A stretch of 64,000 bases of DNA from Escherichia phage BYEP01, in the sequence record OR757453.1; one strand, given 5' to 3'. The translations under genes were made by a program, and so were the position numbers. The notes beneath the pieces were generated by a model. It had not been told where the DNA came from, made no database searches, and saw nothing but the letters and a program-made list of their open reading frames with translations. Positions within the stretch are counted from its first letter, which is position 1, and each line of letters opens with the position of its first letter. This document shows positions 21,828-30,540 of this stretch, piece by piece.

Positions 21828-22063
21828 TGAAATTTCGTTTGGTACAGCTCACAGCAATTAGTTCTTATTCCAACGAGAATATTTCATTTGCTGTAGAGTA
21901 TAAGAAGTATTTTTTCTCTAAATGGAAGCAGTATTATAAGTCAAACTGGGTTTGTATTGATAGACCGCATAGTTGGAAATCTGATTTAGAAAAATGCCAA
22001 AAATTGCTTTCCACTCTTAAAGAACGTGGAACAACCCATATTAAAACTGTGATAGGTAAATAA
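21827..22063 (+). CDS. hypothetical protein (78 aa; 31.2-position)
   Basis: Track ORF; ATGA overlap with cd. Confidence 0.5.
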   Translation: MKFRLVQLTAISSYSNENISFAVEYKKYFFSKWKQYYKSNWVCIDRPHSWKSDLEKCQKLLSTLKERGTTHIKTVIGK

Positions 22064-22372
22064 ATGAAACTGACGACTGAACAAAAAGTAGCAATTCGTG
22101 AAATTTTGAAAACTAAATTGTCCATGGGTATTTCAAACGTGGTTTTTGAAAAGTCTGATGGTACTATTCGTACCATGAAAGGCACTCGTGATGCAGACTT
22201 TATGCCAACCATGCAAACTGGTAAATTGACTGAATCTACTCGGAAAGAATCTACTGATATGATTCCAGTATTTGATGTTGAGCTTGGTGCATGGCGAGGT
22301 TTTTCTATTGACAAATTGATTTCCGTTAATGGTATGAAAGTTGAGCATTTGCTTCAATTTATTGGTAAATAA
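22064..22372 (+). CDS. hypothetical protein (102 aa; 31.1-position)
   Basis: Track ORF. Confidence 0.5.
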   Translation: MKLTTEQKVAIREILKTKLSMGISNVVFEKSDGTIRTMKGTRDADFMPTMQTGKLTESTRKESTDMIPVFDVELGAWRGFSIDKLISVNGMKVEHLLQFIGK

Positions 22373-22428
22373 ATGCTTTAAGAATTATTTGTTATTATTA
22401 ATTTATCTGTTAACAAAAAGGAAAAACG

Positions 22429-22764
22429 ATGTCTGAAGTACAACAGCTACCAATTCGTGCTGTCGGTGAATATGTTATTTTAGTTTCTGAACCTGCACAA
22501 GCCGGTGATGAAGAAGTTACAGAATCAGGACTTATTATCGGTAAACGCGTTCAAGGTGAAGTTCCTGAACTGTGTGTAATTCACTCTGTCGGTCCTGATG
22601 TTCCTGAAGGTTTTTGTGAAGTTGGTGATTTGACTTCTCTTCCAGTTGGTCAAATTCGAAATGTTCCGCATCCTTTTGTAGCTCTGGGTCTTAAGCAGCC
22701 AAAAGAAATTAAACAAAAATTTGTTACCTGTCACTATAAAGCTATTCCGTGTCTTTATAAGTGA
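22429..22764 (+). CDS. 31: co-chaperonin gp31 (GroES analogue, 111 aa)
   Basis: [61 protein letters not shown]... recognised as T4 gp31. Confidence 0.93.
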   Translation: MSEVQQLPIRAVGEYVILVSEPAQAGDEEVTESGLIIGKRVQGEVPELCVIHSVGPDVPEGFCEVGDLTSLPVGQIRNVPHPFVALGLKQPKEIKQKFVTCHYKAIPCLYK

Positions 22765-22911
22765 TATAAATAATAATATGAATTGGGTGTCGGAATAATA
22801 AGTTAACCGAACAATTCTATGTGGTAGTCTACAACTGAGAGATCTGTCGAAAGAAGATGAAATTCAGAAGAACGTGACTACCGAGTTTTAATCTCTAACG
22901 AGAATTTTTAA

Positions 22912-23160
22912 ATGATTAAACAATTACAACACGCTCTTGAACTGCAACGAAACGCATGGAATAATGGTCACGAAAACTATGGCGCATCTATTGATGTTGA
23001 AGCCGAAGCTCTTGAAATCCTGCGTTATTTCAAACATCTGAATCCTGCTCAAACTGCATTAGCTGCTGAGCTTCAGGAAAAAGATGAACTTAAATATGCT
23101 AAGCCTTTGGCTTCTGCTGCACGAAAAGCAGTTCGTCACTTTGTGGTAACACTGAAGTAA
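22912..23160 (+). CDS. rIII: lysis inhibition accessory protein rIII (82 aa)
   Basis: MIKQLQHALELQRNAWNNGHENYGASIDVEAEALEILRYF... recognised as T4 rIII. Confidence 0.9.
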   Translation: MIKQLQHALELQRNAWNNGHENYGASIDVEAEALEILRYFKHLNPAQTALAAELQEKDELKYAKPLASAARKAVRHFVVTLK

Positions 23161-23405
23161 TTTACTGGAGATTCACTGCCTTAGTGTGAGCTAAAATCGA
23201 GGAGCCGTCGAACTGTCTGATTAATGATTTGCGAATCATTATAGTTTTAAGACCCCGGCAGTTTTACGGTGTACCTCTTGAATGTGAATGATGACGGGTT
23301 TATGGTTATCCTGGTCGTTAAATATCCAAAAACCTATGTTCCCCTTGAGGGCTTGCGCAGGCAATGCCAATAAGTCCTGCATTTTCATTTAAAAGAGAAT
23401 TTATA

Positions 23406-23582
23406 ATGGCAAAACAAGCTAAAGCAAAGAAAGCAGTTGAAAAGAAAGTTGGTGATTCTAAACGCGCTGGCTACAAGCGTGGGTCGAACTCTCGTATCAA
23501 TCAAACTGTTGAGAAGATCATGCGCCGAGCACGTGCGGTTCTTCGAGATGATGCTTCTCGTTTTGGTAAGCAGAAAGCATAA
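23406..23582 (+). CDS. hypothetical small basic protein (58 aa; 30.9-position)
   Basis: AAAAGAG RBS then ATG 23406 (MAKQAKAKKAVEKKVGDSKRAGYKRGSNSRINQ...); followed by terminator. Confidence 0.55.
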   Translation: MAKQAKAKKAVEKKVGDSKRAGYKRGSNSRINQTVEKIMRRARAVLRDDASRFGKQKA

Positions 23583-23587
23583 GTTAA

Positions 23588-23611
23588 GGACTCCCGAAGG
23601 AGTCCTTTTTT
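23588..23611 (+). terminator. rho-independent terminator (GGACTCC-cgaa-GGAGTCC then TTTTTT)
   Basis: Perfect 7-bp stem, GNRA-like loop, T6 tract. Confidence 0.8.
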
Positions 23612-23635
23612 ATTTTCCAAAGATTGCACAAAGTT

Positions 23636-23686
23636 GTTTACAGTATGGTTCCTTTGTGATAGTATTATCTTACACAAACAAAGGAG
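23636..23686 (+). promoter_or_regulatory. early-promoter-like element GTTTAC...TATTAT with imperfect inverted repeat whose right arm covers the SD AAGGAG
   Basis: GTTTAC 23636-23641; TCCTTTG (23650-23656) pairs with CAAAGGA (23679-23685). Confidence 0.4.
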
Positions 23687-23692
23687 AATAAA

Positions 23693-24025
23693 ATGAAAAC
23701 GATTAATCTGAACGCCACAGTTAAAACTAAATGCTTCAATGGTAAATATGATGAAACTATGTGGTTCTTAATGGCAGTTGAAGGTGATATTATTGAAGTA
23801 GAAACAACAGAAGGTATGGGAACAGATTTCACCTTTACAATTCAAGTTCATAATTTCTTTACTGGTTGGATTTATGAATTGAATACAGTAATCGTTGGAA
23901 AAATTGAACAAAATGAATTAGGCGAATGGTATTATGTTACAGCTCGCCAACGTGCCGAACGCTTAATTAAGAAGATGAAAAAAGTTGGTAAACTTGACAT
24001 GCAGCATTGGAAAGTAGTAAAATAA
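23693..24025 (+). CDS. hypothetical protein (110 aa; 30.8-position)
   Basis: AAGGAG RBS; MKTINLNATVKTKCFNGKYDETMWFLMAVEGD... Confidence 0.6.
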   Translation: MKTINLNATVKTKCFNGKYDETMWFLMAVEGDIIEVETTEGMGTDFTFTIQVHNFFTGWIYELNTVIVGKIEQNELGEWYYVTARQRAERLIKKMKKVGKLDMQHWKVVK

Positions 24026-24027
24026 TT

Positions 24028-24067
24028 GTTTACTTTGGTACAGGATATGATATTATATACCTGTACC
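24028..24067 (+). promoter_or_regulatory. early-promoter-like element GTTTAC...TATTAT with perfect 8-bp inverted repeat (GGTACAGG/CCTGTACC) around the -10 region
   Basis: GTTTAC 24028-24033; inverted repeat 24037-24044 / 24060-24067; loop contains TATTAT. Confidence 0.45.
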
Positions 24068-24092
24068 GTAATTAAACATCTTGGAGAATAAA

Positions 24093-24458
24093 ATGAACTA
24101 CATTAACTTTGAACGTAAATATGTTTCTAATGGTATTGCAGGTTCTATTGATACTATTTGCCTTTGGAAACATCAAAACGGATCAGTATGCGAAATCGAT
24201 CAGTATATGACTCCTAACTACGTTTATATGCGATTTGAAAATGGCATCACGGTTTCAATCACGATGGAAGGTTCCAACTTCAAAATCGCTCTGGATGATG
24301 ATTTCCGTCAACGCGATTTAGGGACTCATCCTTGCTGGAATGGTGCTAATCGTAAACTCTTAGTTAAAACTTGGATTCGTCATATTCTGAGTAACAGAGC
24401 TAAACCTGAGCATCTTGAAGCAATCTTTGATGTAGTTCTTAACGAATTTGATATTTAA
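24093..24458 (+). CDS. hypothetical protein (121 aa; 30.7-position)
   Basis: Track ORF 24081 starts at TTG; GGAG RBS then ATG 24093 (MNYINFERKYVSNGIAG...). Confidence 0.6.
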   Translation: MNYINFERKYVSNGIAGSIDTICLWKHQNGSVCEIDQYMTPNYVYMRFENGITVSITMEGSNFKIALDDDFRQRDLGTHPCWNGANRKLLVKTWIRHILSNRAKPEHLEAIFDVVLNEFDI

Positions 24459-24468
24459 AATAAAAATG

Positions 24469-24484
24469 AGGGGCTTCGGCCCCT
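24469..24484 (+). other. intercistronic GC hairpin AGGGGC-ttcg-GCCCCT (no U-tract)
   Basis: Perfect 6-bp stem with UUCG loop between two ORFs. Confidence 0.4.
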
Positions 24485-24499
24485 ATTGAGGAAAATATT

Positions 24500-24787
24500 A
24501 TGTTTATGACTACTTATTTTGATACCCGCAAAAATTTCTGTGAAGTTGTTTTCTCTAAGGCGCCTAAAGACCTTCCTGCACATTTGCAACCTACTAGCGA
24601 ATCGATTAAAAACTACGTTGATGTGGTTTGTCCTTTAGAGTTTCGTACTGTAAATGGGCGCGATACTTTAGCTATCACTAAACTCAATCGTGAAATTGAC
24701 ATTGACCCTTCAATTGCGCGCGAAATTAATATCTCTGATATTGGTGGCGGTAATGTTAAATCGCACGGTTTTCAGATGAGGTTCTAA
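24500..24787 (+). CDS. hypothetical protein (95 aa; 30.6-position)
   Basis: TGAGGA RBS then ATG. Confidence 0.55.
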   Translation: MFMTTYFDTRKNFCEVVFSKAPKDLPAHLQPTSESIKNYVDVVCPLEFRTVNGRDTLAITKLNREIDIDPSIAREINISDIGGGNVKSHGFQMRF

Positions 24788-24984
24788 TGAAATTCTTTTT
24801 AGGTCAAACTGTTGAATTAAAGGGAGTTGGTATACCTGGATTAATTTCTAAGGTTCTACCTCCATTTAAATGGAGTGGTATTCAAATAAAAGAGGCTTAT
24901 ATTGTTTCCTGGGTAGATGGAAATGAAGACCTTCGTATGGGTGATGAATTATCTCCTATCTACGGATTAAAGGAATTAGTATGA
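24787..24984 (+). CDS. hypothetical protein (65 aa; 30.5-position)
   Basis: TAATG overlap with upstream ORF. Confidence 0.5.
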   Translation: MKFFLGQTVELKGVGIPGLISKVLPPFKWSGIQIKEAYIVSWVDGNEDLRMGDELSPIYGLKELV

Positions 24985-25187
24985 ATATAATTAATAAGAT
25001 TTTTGGAATTCAGTACATTAAGGTCACATATAAAGTAACAGATAAAAATCCATATACTGATGAACATGAAGAACCACGAGTTGAGTCTATTATATTAGAA
25101 AAGGACCCTAACTGGCCAGTTGAATTTCGTCTTCCTTGCTATGGTCATTGGGCTGATGTTGAAATTATAAGCATTGAAAATGTCTGA
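24981..25187 (+). CDS. hypothetical protein (68 aa; 30.4-position)
   Basis: AAGGAATTAGT-ATG; overlaps neighbours. Confidence 0.5.
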   Translation: MNIINKIFGIQYIKVTYKVTDKNPYTDEHEEPRVESIILEKDPNWPVEFRLPCYGHWADVEIISIENV

Positions 25188-25638
25188 GTTAGAGATTAGA
25201 AGCAATTTTAGGTGGCCATCATGTGCATTAAGTAATTTCGCCCAATGGCCTTTCGTTATGGATGGTATTCAATTTGGAGGTCTTGAAGGATTCCTCCAAG
25301 GATGCAAGGTGAAAAACGTTGAACAACAACGTCGTATATTTGGGTTATCTGGGCTTGCCGCTCAACAAGCTGGAAGGTCTTATGCTAGAGCTCAGGACCG
25401 TGGGACCCTCTTCTGGCTTGGAGTTCCGTTTTCAAGATACTCCCCGGCGTGGAAAGAATTATACACAAATGCATATTTTGAAGCAGCGTTCCAAAACAAG
25501 GGTTTTCGCGATGCATTACAAGCCTCGAAAGGAAAAGTTTTGAAGCACAGCATGGCTAGTGGTCTAACAAAAGATGATACAATACTAACCGAAGCTGAAT
25601 TTATTGATGTGTTAAACCTATTAAGAGACTCTCTATGA
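25180..25638 (+). CDS. NADAR/YbiA-like (DUF1768) protein (152 aa; 30.3-position)
   Basis: Track ORF 25174 starts at TTG; ATG 25180; ...ALSNFAQWPFVMDGIQFGGLEGFLQGCK... resembles NADAR domain (recall). Confidence 0.55.
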   Translation: MSELEIRSNFRWPSCALSNFAQWPFVMDGIQFGGLEGFLQGCKVKNVEQQRRIFGLSGLAAQQAGRSYARAQDRGTLFWLGVPFSRYSPAWKELYTNAYFEAAFQNKGFRDALQASKGKVLKHSMASGLTKDDTILTEAEFIDVLNLLRDSL

Positions 25639-26522
25639 AGCCTACTATTTTAACTGATATTGATGGAGTATGTTTAAGCTGGCAATCAGGCCTTCCTTAT
25701 TTTGCTCAGAAATATAATCTTCCGTTAGAACATATTTTAAAAATGATCCAAGATGAGAAATTTATTTCTCCAGGTAAACTCTTTAATTGTGATGAAGAAC
25801 TTGGCGTCAAGTTAATTGAAAAATACAATCGTTCAGATTTTATTCGTTACTTGTCTCCGTATAAAGATGCCCTGTGTGTAATTAACAAATTAAAAGAAGA
25901 TTATAATTTTGTAGCTGTTACAGCATTGGGTGATTCTATTGACGCTCTGTTGAATCGTCAATTTAATTTGAATGCTCTTTTTCCTGGTGCCTTCTCAGAA
26001 GTAATGATGTGTGGCCATGATTCTTCAAAAGAAGAGTTGTTTAAAAAGGCAAAAGAGAAATATAACGTAATTTGTTATATTGACGATCTCGCTCACCACT
26101 GTGACCACGCGAGTGAAATATTAAATGTTCCGGTTTATTGGATGGCTCGAGGAGAGCGTGACAATATTCCAAAAACTGCGCAGCGAGTTTATACATGGAA
26201 TGATGTAGAAAATAAGCTTTTTTCACCAAAGGAAAATAAAGAAAGTTTTGATAGTGAAAAAGCTATAAAAGATGTAATTGAGAAGATGGTTAAAAACGAT
26301 TCTTTTCGTTGGAACACTACCTGGAGAACTCCTGGATTTAATCCGTATAATCCATATTATACACATCCATATAATCCATATTATACACATCCATATAATC
26401 CATATTATACACACCCGTATCATATGAATCCATTCCATACGTGGAGTTATACCAAGCCTGGCGATGCAGGGTATTTTAATAGATTTACTAGTGGTGATAA
26501 TATTTTCCAAGGAGCATTCTAA
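25635..26522 (+). CDS. HAD-like phosphatase/nucleotidase-family protein with C-terminal NPYYTHPY repeats (295 aa; 30.2-position)
   Basis: N-terminal ILTDIDGV motif; C-terminal ...GFNPYNPYYTHPYNPYYTHPYNPYYTHPYHMNPF... Confidence 0.55.
   Translation: MKPTILTDIDGVCLSWQSGLPYFAQKYNLPLEHILKMIQDEKFISPGKLFNCDEELGVKLIEKYNRSDFIRYLSPYKDALCVINKLKEDYNFVAVTALGDSIDALLNRQFNLNALFPGAFSEVMMCGHDSSKEELFKKAKEKYNVICYIDDLAHHCDHASEILNVPVYWMARGERDNIPKTAQRVYTWNDVENKLFSPKENKESFDSEKAIKDVIEKMVKNDSFRWNTTWRTPGFNPYNPYYTHPYNPYYTHPYNPYYTHPYHMNPFHTWSYTKPGDAGYFNRFTSGDNIFQGAF
26344..26415 (+). repeat. 24-bp perfect tandem repeat x3 (CCATATAATCCATATTATACACAT) inside the 30.2-position CDS
   Basis: Three head-to-tail copies read directly; in-frame. 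Confidence 0.85.
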
Positions 26523-26788
26523 TGTTTGTCGTTCACACTATTTATGAAAATGAAGGTAATACTACACGTGATTACGGTCACGTAAATCAATTTTTTAGAT
26601 GCAATCCAGAATTCCGAGCTCAAAAAGACGAACGAATTTTTAAAAAATGTGTAGAGCAAGGTTTCATTTACGTCAAGCACTGGATGCAAGGAAATAAAGT
26701 TAGAACTACATATCATAAGTCTTTGCCTGAGCTTAATGATGAATTGATTTATAATAGAGCTGTAAACCAAACTCTGAAGGATGAATAA
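26522..26788 (+). CDS. hypothetical protein (88 aa; 30.1-position)
   Basis: Track ORF; TAATG overlaps at both ends. Confidence 0.5.
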   Translation: MFVVHTIYENEGNTTRDYGHVNQFFRCNPEFRAQKDERIFKKCVEQGFIYVKHWMQGNKVRTTYHKSLPELNDELIYNRAVNQTLKDE

Positions 26789-28251
26789 TGATTCTTAAAA
26801 TTCTGAATGAAATAGCATCTATTGGTTCAACTAAGCAGAAGCAAGCAATTCTTGAAAAGAATAAAGATAATGAATTGCTTAAACGAGTATATCGTCTGAC
26901 TTATTCTCGTGGGTTGCAGTATTATATCAAGAAATGGCCTAAACCTGGTATTGCTACCCAGAGTTTTGGAATGCTGACCATTATCGATATGCTTGACTTC
27001 ATTGAATTCACGTTAGCTACTCGGAAATTGACTGGAAATGCTGCAATTGAGGAATTGACTGGATATATCACCGATGGTAAAAAGGATGATGTTGAAGTTT
27101 TGCGTCGAGTTATGATGCGAGACCTTGAATGCGGTGCTTCAGTATCTATTGCAAACAAAGTTTGGCCAGGTTTAATTCCTGAACAACCTCAAATGCTGGC
27201 AAGTTCTTATGATGAAAAAGGCATTAGTAAGAATATCAAGTTTCCAGCTTTTGCACAGTTAAAAGCAGATGGAGCTCGGTGTTTTGCTGAAGTCCGAGGT
27301 GATGAATTAGATGATGTTCGTCTTTTATCACGAGCTGGTAATGAATATCTAGGATTAGATCTTCTTAAGGAAGAATTAATCAAAATGACTGCTGAAGCCC
27401 GCCAGATTCATCCAGAAGGTGTGTTAATTGATGGCGAATTGGTATACCATGAGCAAGTTAAAAAGGAACCAGAAGGACTAGATTTTCTTTTTGATGCTTA
27501 TCCTGAAATTAGTAAAGCTAAAGAATTCGCCGAAGTAGCGGAATCTCGTACTACTTCTAATGGAATCGCCAATAAATCCTTAAAAGGAACCATTTCTGAA
27601 AAAGAAGCTCAATGTATGAAGTTTCAGGTCTGGGATTATGTCCCGTTGGTAGAAATATACGGTCTTCCGGCGTTTCGTTTAAAATATGATGTACGTTTTT
27701 CTAAACTAGAACAAATGACATCAGGATATGATAAAGTAATTTTAATTGAAAACCAGGTAGTAAATAACCTAGATGAAGCTAAGGTAATTTATAAAAAGTA
27801 TATTGACCAAGGTCTTGAAGGTATTATTCTCAAAAATATCGATGGATTATGGGAAAATGCTCGTTCAAAAAATCTCTATAAATTTAAAGAAGTAATTGAT
27901 GTTGATTTAAAAATTGTAGGAATTTATCCTCACCGTAAAGACCCTACTAAAGCAGGTGGATTTATTCTTGAGTCAGAGTGTGGAAAAATTAAGGTAAATG
28001 CTGGTTCAGGCTTAAAAGATAAAGCCGGTGTAAAATCGCATGAACTTGACCGTACTCGCATTATGGAAAACCAAAATTATTATATTGGAAAAATTCTAGA
28101 GTGCGAATGCAATGGTTGGTTAAAATCTGATGGCCGCACTGATTACGTTAAATTATTTCTTCCGATTGCGATTCGTTTACGTGAAGATAAAACTAAAGCT
28201 AATACGTTCGAAGATGTATTTGGCGATTTTCATGAGGTAACTGGTCTATGA
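26788..28251 (+). CDS. 30: ATP-dependent DNA ligase gp30 (487 aa)
   Basis: MILKILNEIASIGSTKQKQAILEKNKDNELLKRVYRLTYSRGLQYYIKKW...AQLKADGARCFAEV (KxDG adenylation motif), recognised as T4 DNA ligase. Confidence 0.96.
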   Translation: MILKILNEIASIGSTKQKQAILEKNKDNELLKRVYRLTYSRGLQYYIKKWPKPGIATQSFGMLTIIDMLDFIEFTLATRKLTGNAAIEELTGYITDGKKDDVEVLRRVMMRDLECGASVSIANKVWPGLIPEQPQMLASSYDEKGISKNIKFPAFAQLKADGARCFAEVRGDELDDVRLLSRAGNEYLGLDLLKEELIKMTAEARQIHPEGVLIDGELVYHEQVKKEPEGLDFLFDAYPEISKAKEFAEVAESRTTSNGIANKSLKGTISEKEAQCMKFQVWDYVPLVEIYGLPAFRLKYDVRFSKLEQMTSGYDKVILIENQVVNNLDEAKVIYKKYIDQGLEGIILKNIDGLWENARSKNLYKFKEVIDVDLKIVGIYPHRKDPTKAGGFILESECGKIKVNAGSGLKDKAGVKSHELDRTRIMENQNYYIGKILECECNGWLKSDGRTDYVKLFLPIAIRLREDKTKANTFEDVFGDFHEVTGL

Positions 28252-28436
28252 AAGCTTACTTAGAAACAATTGTCGTGGCTCAAAAAGAAGGTGGAGATGT
28301 TTCTACTTCTGTATCACAAGTCATTCTCGAATTTGTAGATGCATACGCTTATAATAAATTTACAGAAACATTTGATGCTTATGAAAAAGGTCCAAAGTTT
28401 GAAATATATCGTACTCTCTTACCTATAGATTATTAA
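28248..28436 (+). CDS. hypothetical protein (62 aa)
   Basis: ATGA overlap with gene 30 stop; followed by terminator. Confidence 0.5.
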   Translation: MKAYLETIVVAQKEGGDVSTSVSQVILEFVDAYAYNKFTETFDAYEKGPKFEIYRTLLPIDY

Positions 28437-28458
28437 AGGCCTTCGGGCCTTTAATTTT
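28435..28458 (+). terminator. rho-independent terminator (AAAGGCC-ttcg-GGCCTTT then AATTTTAT)
   Basis: 7-bp stem with UUCG loop and U-rich tail. Confidence 0.7.
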
Positions 28459-28465
28459 ATAAATA
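28458..28465 (+). promoter_or_regulatory. T4-type late promoter TATAAATA upstream of alt
   Basis: Exact TATAAATA 24 nt upstream of alt ATG. Confidence 0.6.
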
Positions 28466-28488
28466 GAATAAACACTAGAGAGGATATG

Positions 28489-30537
28489 ATGGAACTAATT
28501 ACAGAATTATTTGACGAAGATACTACTCTTCCGATTACAAACTTAAATCCAAAGAAGAAAATACCACAAATTTTTTCAGTTCATGTTGATGACGCAATTG
28601 AACAACCAGGCTTTCGTTTATGTACCTATACATCTGGAGGTGATACTAATCGTGATTTAAAGATGGGCGATAAAATGATGCACATTGTTCCTTTTACATT
28701 AACTGCTAAAGGTTCAATTGCTAAATTGAAAGGTCTTGGTCCAAGCCCAATTAATTATATCAATTCAGTTTTTACTGTTGCAATGCAAACAATGCGTCAG
28801 TATAAAATTGATGCCTGCATGCTTCGTATTCTTAAGTCTAAAACCGCTGGTCAAGCTCGACAAATTCAAGTTATTGCTGATAGACTTATCCGTAGTCGTT
28901 CAGGTGGCAGATACGTCCTTCTTAAGGAACTCTGGGATTATGATAAAAAGTATGCATATATTCTTATACATCGCAAAAATGTATCACTAGAAGACATTCC
29001 AGGAGTTCCGGAAATTAGTACCGAGCTCTTTACTAAAGTTGAATCGAAGGTCGGTGATGTTTATATCAATAAAGATACTGGAGCTCAAGTAACTAAAAAT
29101 GAGGCAATTGCAGCATCTATTGCGCAAGAAAACGATAAACGTTCTGACCAAGCTGTAATCGTTAAAGTTAAAATTTCCCGTAGAGCAATTGCACAAAGTC
29201 AGTCATTGGAATCTTCTAGATTTGAAACACCGATGTTTCAAAAATTTGAGGCTTCAGCGGCAGAATTAAATAAACCAGCGGACGCGCCTTTAATTTCTGA
29301 TTCTAATGAATTAACGGTAATTTCTACTTCAGGATTTGCACTAGAGAATGCTCTTAATAGTGTTACAGCTGGGATGGCATTCAGAGAAGCTTCTATAATT
29401 CCTGAAGATAAAGAATCTGATGTTAATGCAGAAATAAAAAATAAAGCTTTAGAAAGATTACGAAAAGAATCTATTACTTCAATAAAAACTTTAGAAACTA
29501 TTGCTTCTATCGTCGATGATACTTTAGAAAAATATAAAGGTGCTTGGTTTGAAAGAAATATTAACAGACATTCGCATTTAAACCAAGATGCTGCAAATGA
29601 GTTAGTACAAAATTCTTGGAATGCAATAAAAACAAAGATTATTCGAAGAGAATTACGTGGATATGCTCTTACCGCTGGATGGTCATTACATCCTATAGTC
29701 GAAAATAAAGATTCATCTAAATACACACCAGCGCAAAAACGCGGAATTCGTGAATATGTAGGTTCAGGATATGTAGACATAAATAATGCTCTTTTGGGAT
29801 TATATAATCCAGATGAGCGTACAAGTATTTTAACAGCACCTGAAATAGAACAAGCCATTGATAATTTAGATTCAGCCTTTAAAAATGGTGAACGATTACC
29901 AAAAGGTATTACTTTGTATCGTTCACAACGAATGTTACCTTCAATATATGAAGCAATGGTAAAAAATCGAGTTTTTTATTTTAGAAACTTTGTGTCAACA
30001 TCATTATATCCAAATATTTTTGGTACTTGGATGACTGATTCATCTATAGGTGTTTTACCAGACGAAAAGCGTCTAAGTGTTTCTATTGATAAAACTGATG
30101 AAGGGCTTGTTAATTCTAGCGATAATTTAGTCGGAATTGGATGGGTTATTACTGGGGCTGATAAGGTCAATGTTGTTTTACCCGGTGGAAGTTTAGCGCC
30201 TTCAAATGAAATGGAAGTCATTTTGCCACGTGGATTAATGGTCAAAGTTAATAAAATAACCGATGCATCTTACAACGATGGAACAGTTAGAACTAACAAC
30301 AAGCTTATTCAAGCTGAAGTTATGACTACAGAAGAACTCACCGAATCGGTAATTTATGACGGTGACCGTTTAATGGAAACTGGTGAATTGGTTACAATGA
30401 CAGGTGATATAGAAGATAGAGTTGACTTTGCATCATTTGTTTCATCAAATGTTAAACAGAAAGTAGAATCATCTCTTGGAATTATTGCGTCTTGCATAGA
30501 TATTGCAAACATGCCTTACAAGTTCGTTCAAGGATAA
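28489..30537 (+). CDS. alt: Alt ADP-ribosyltransferase (682 aa)
   Basis: MELITELFDEDTTLPITNLNPKKKIPQIFSVHVDDAIEQPGFRLCTYTSGGDTNRDLKMGDKMMHIVPF... recognised as T4 Alt. Confidence 0.95.
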   Translation: MELITELFDEDTTLPITNLNPKKKIPQIFSVHVDDAIEQPGFRLCTYTSGGDTNRDLKMGDKMMHIVPFTLTAKGSIAKLKGLGPSPINYINSVFTVAMQTMRQYKIDACMLRILKSKTAGQARQIQVIADRLIRSRSGGRYVLLKELWDYDKKYAYILIHRKNVSLEDIPGVPEISTELFTKVESKVGDVYINKDTGAQVTKNEAIAASIAQENDKRSDQAVIVKVKISRRAIAQSQSLESSRFETPMFQKFEASAAELNKPADAPLISDSNELTVISTSGFALENALNSVTAGMAFREASIIPEDKESDVNAEIKNKALERLRKESITSIKTLETIASIVDDTLEKYKGAWFERNINRHSHLNQDAANELVQNSWNAIKTKIIRRELRGYALTAGWSLHPIVENKDSSKYTPAQKRGIREYVGSGYVDINNALLGLYNPDERTSILTAPEIEQAIDNLDSAFKNGERLPKGITLYRSQRMLPSIYEAMVKNRVFYFRNFVSTSLYPNIFGTWMTDSSIGVLPDEKRLSVSIDKTDEGLVNSSDNLVGIGWVITGADKVNVVLPGGSLAPSNEMEVILPRGLMVKVNKITDASYNDGTVRTNNKLIQAEVMTTEELTESVIYDGDRLMETGELVTMTGDIEDRVDFASFVSSNVKQKVESSLGIIASCIDIANMPYKFVQG

Positions 30538-30540
30538 ATC

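Noticed and set aside
23437-23691. 84-codon ORF spanning the terminator and promoter after the 58-aa ORF
   Set aside because: Runs through a strong rho-independent terminator and an early promoter; alternative frame of the small basic protein; no RBS.
26344-26415. CRISPR-like array
   Set aside because: Repeats are directly adjacent with no spacers, lie in frame inside a CDS, and there are only three; this is a coding tandem repeat.
29238-29858. 206-codon minus-strand ORF inside alt
   Set aside because: Antisense to a well-conserved gene, no RBS, composition typical of a shadow ORF.
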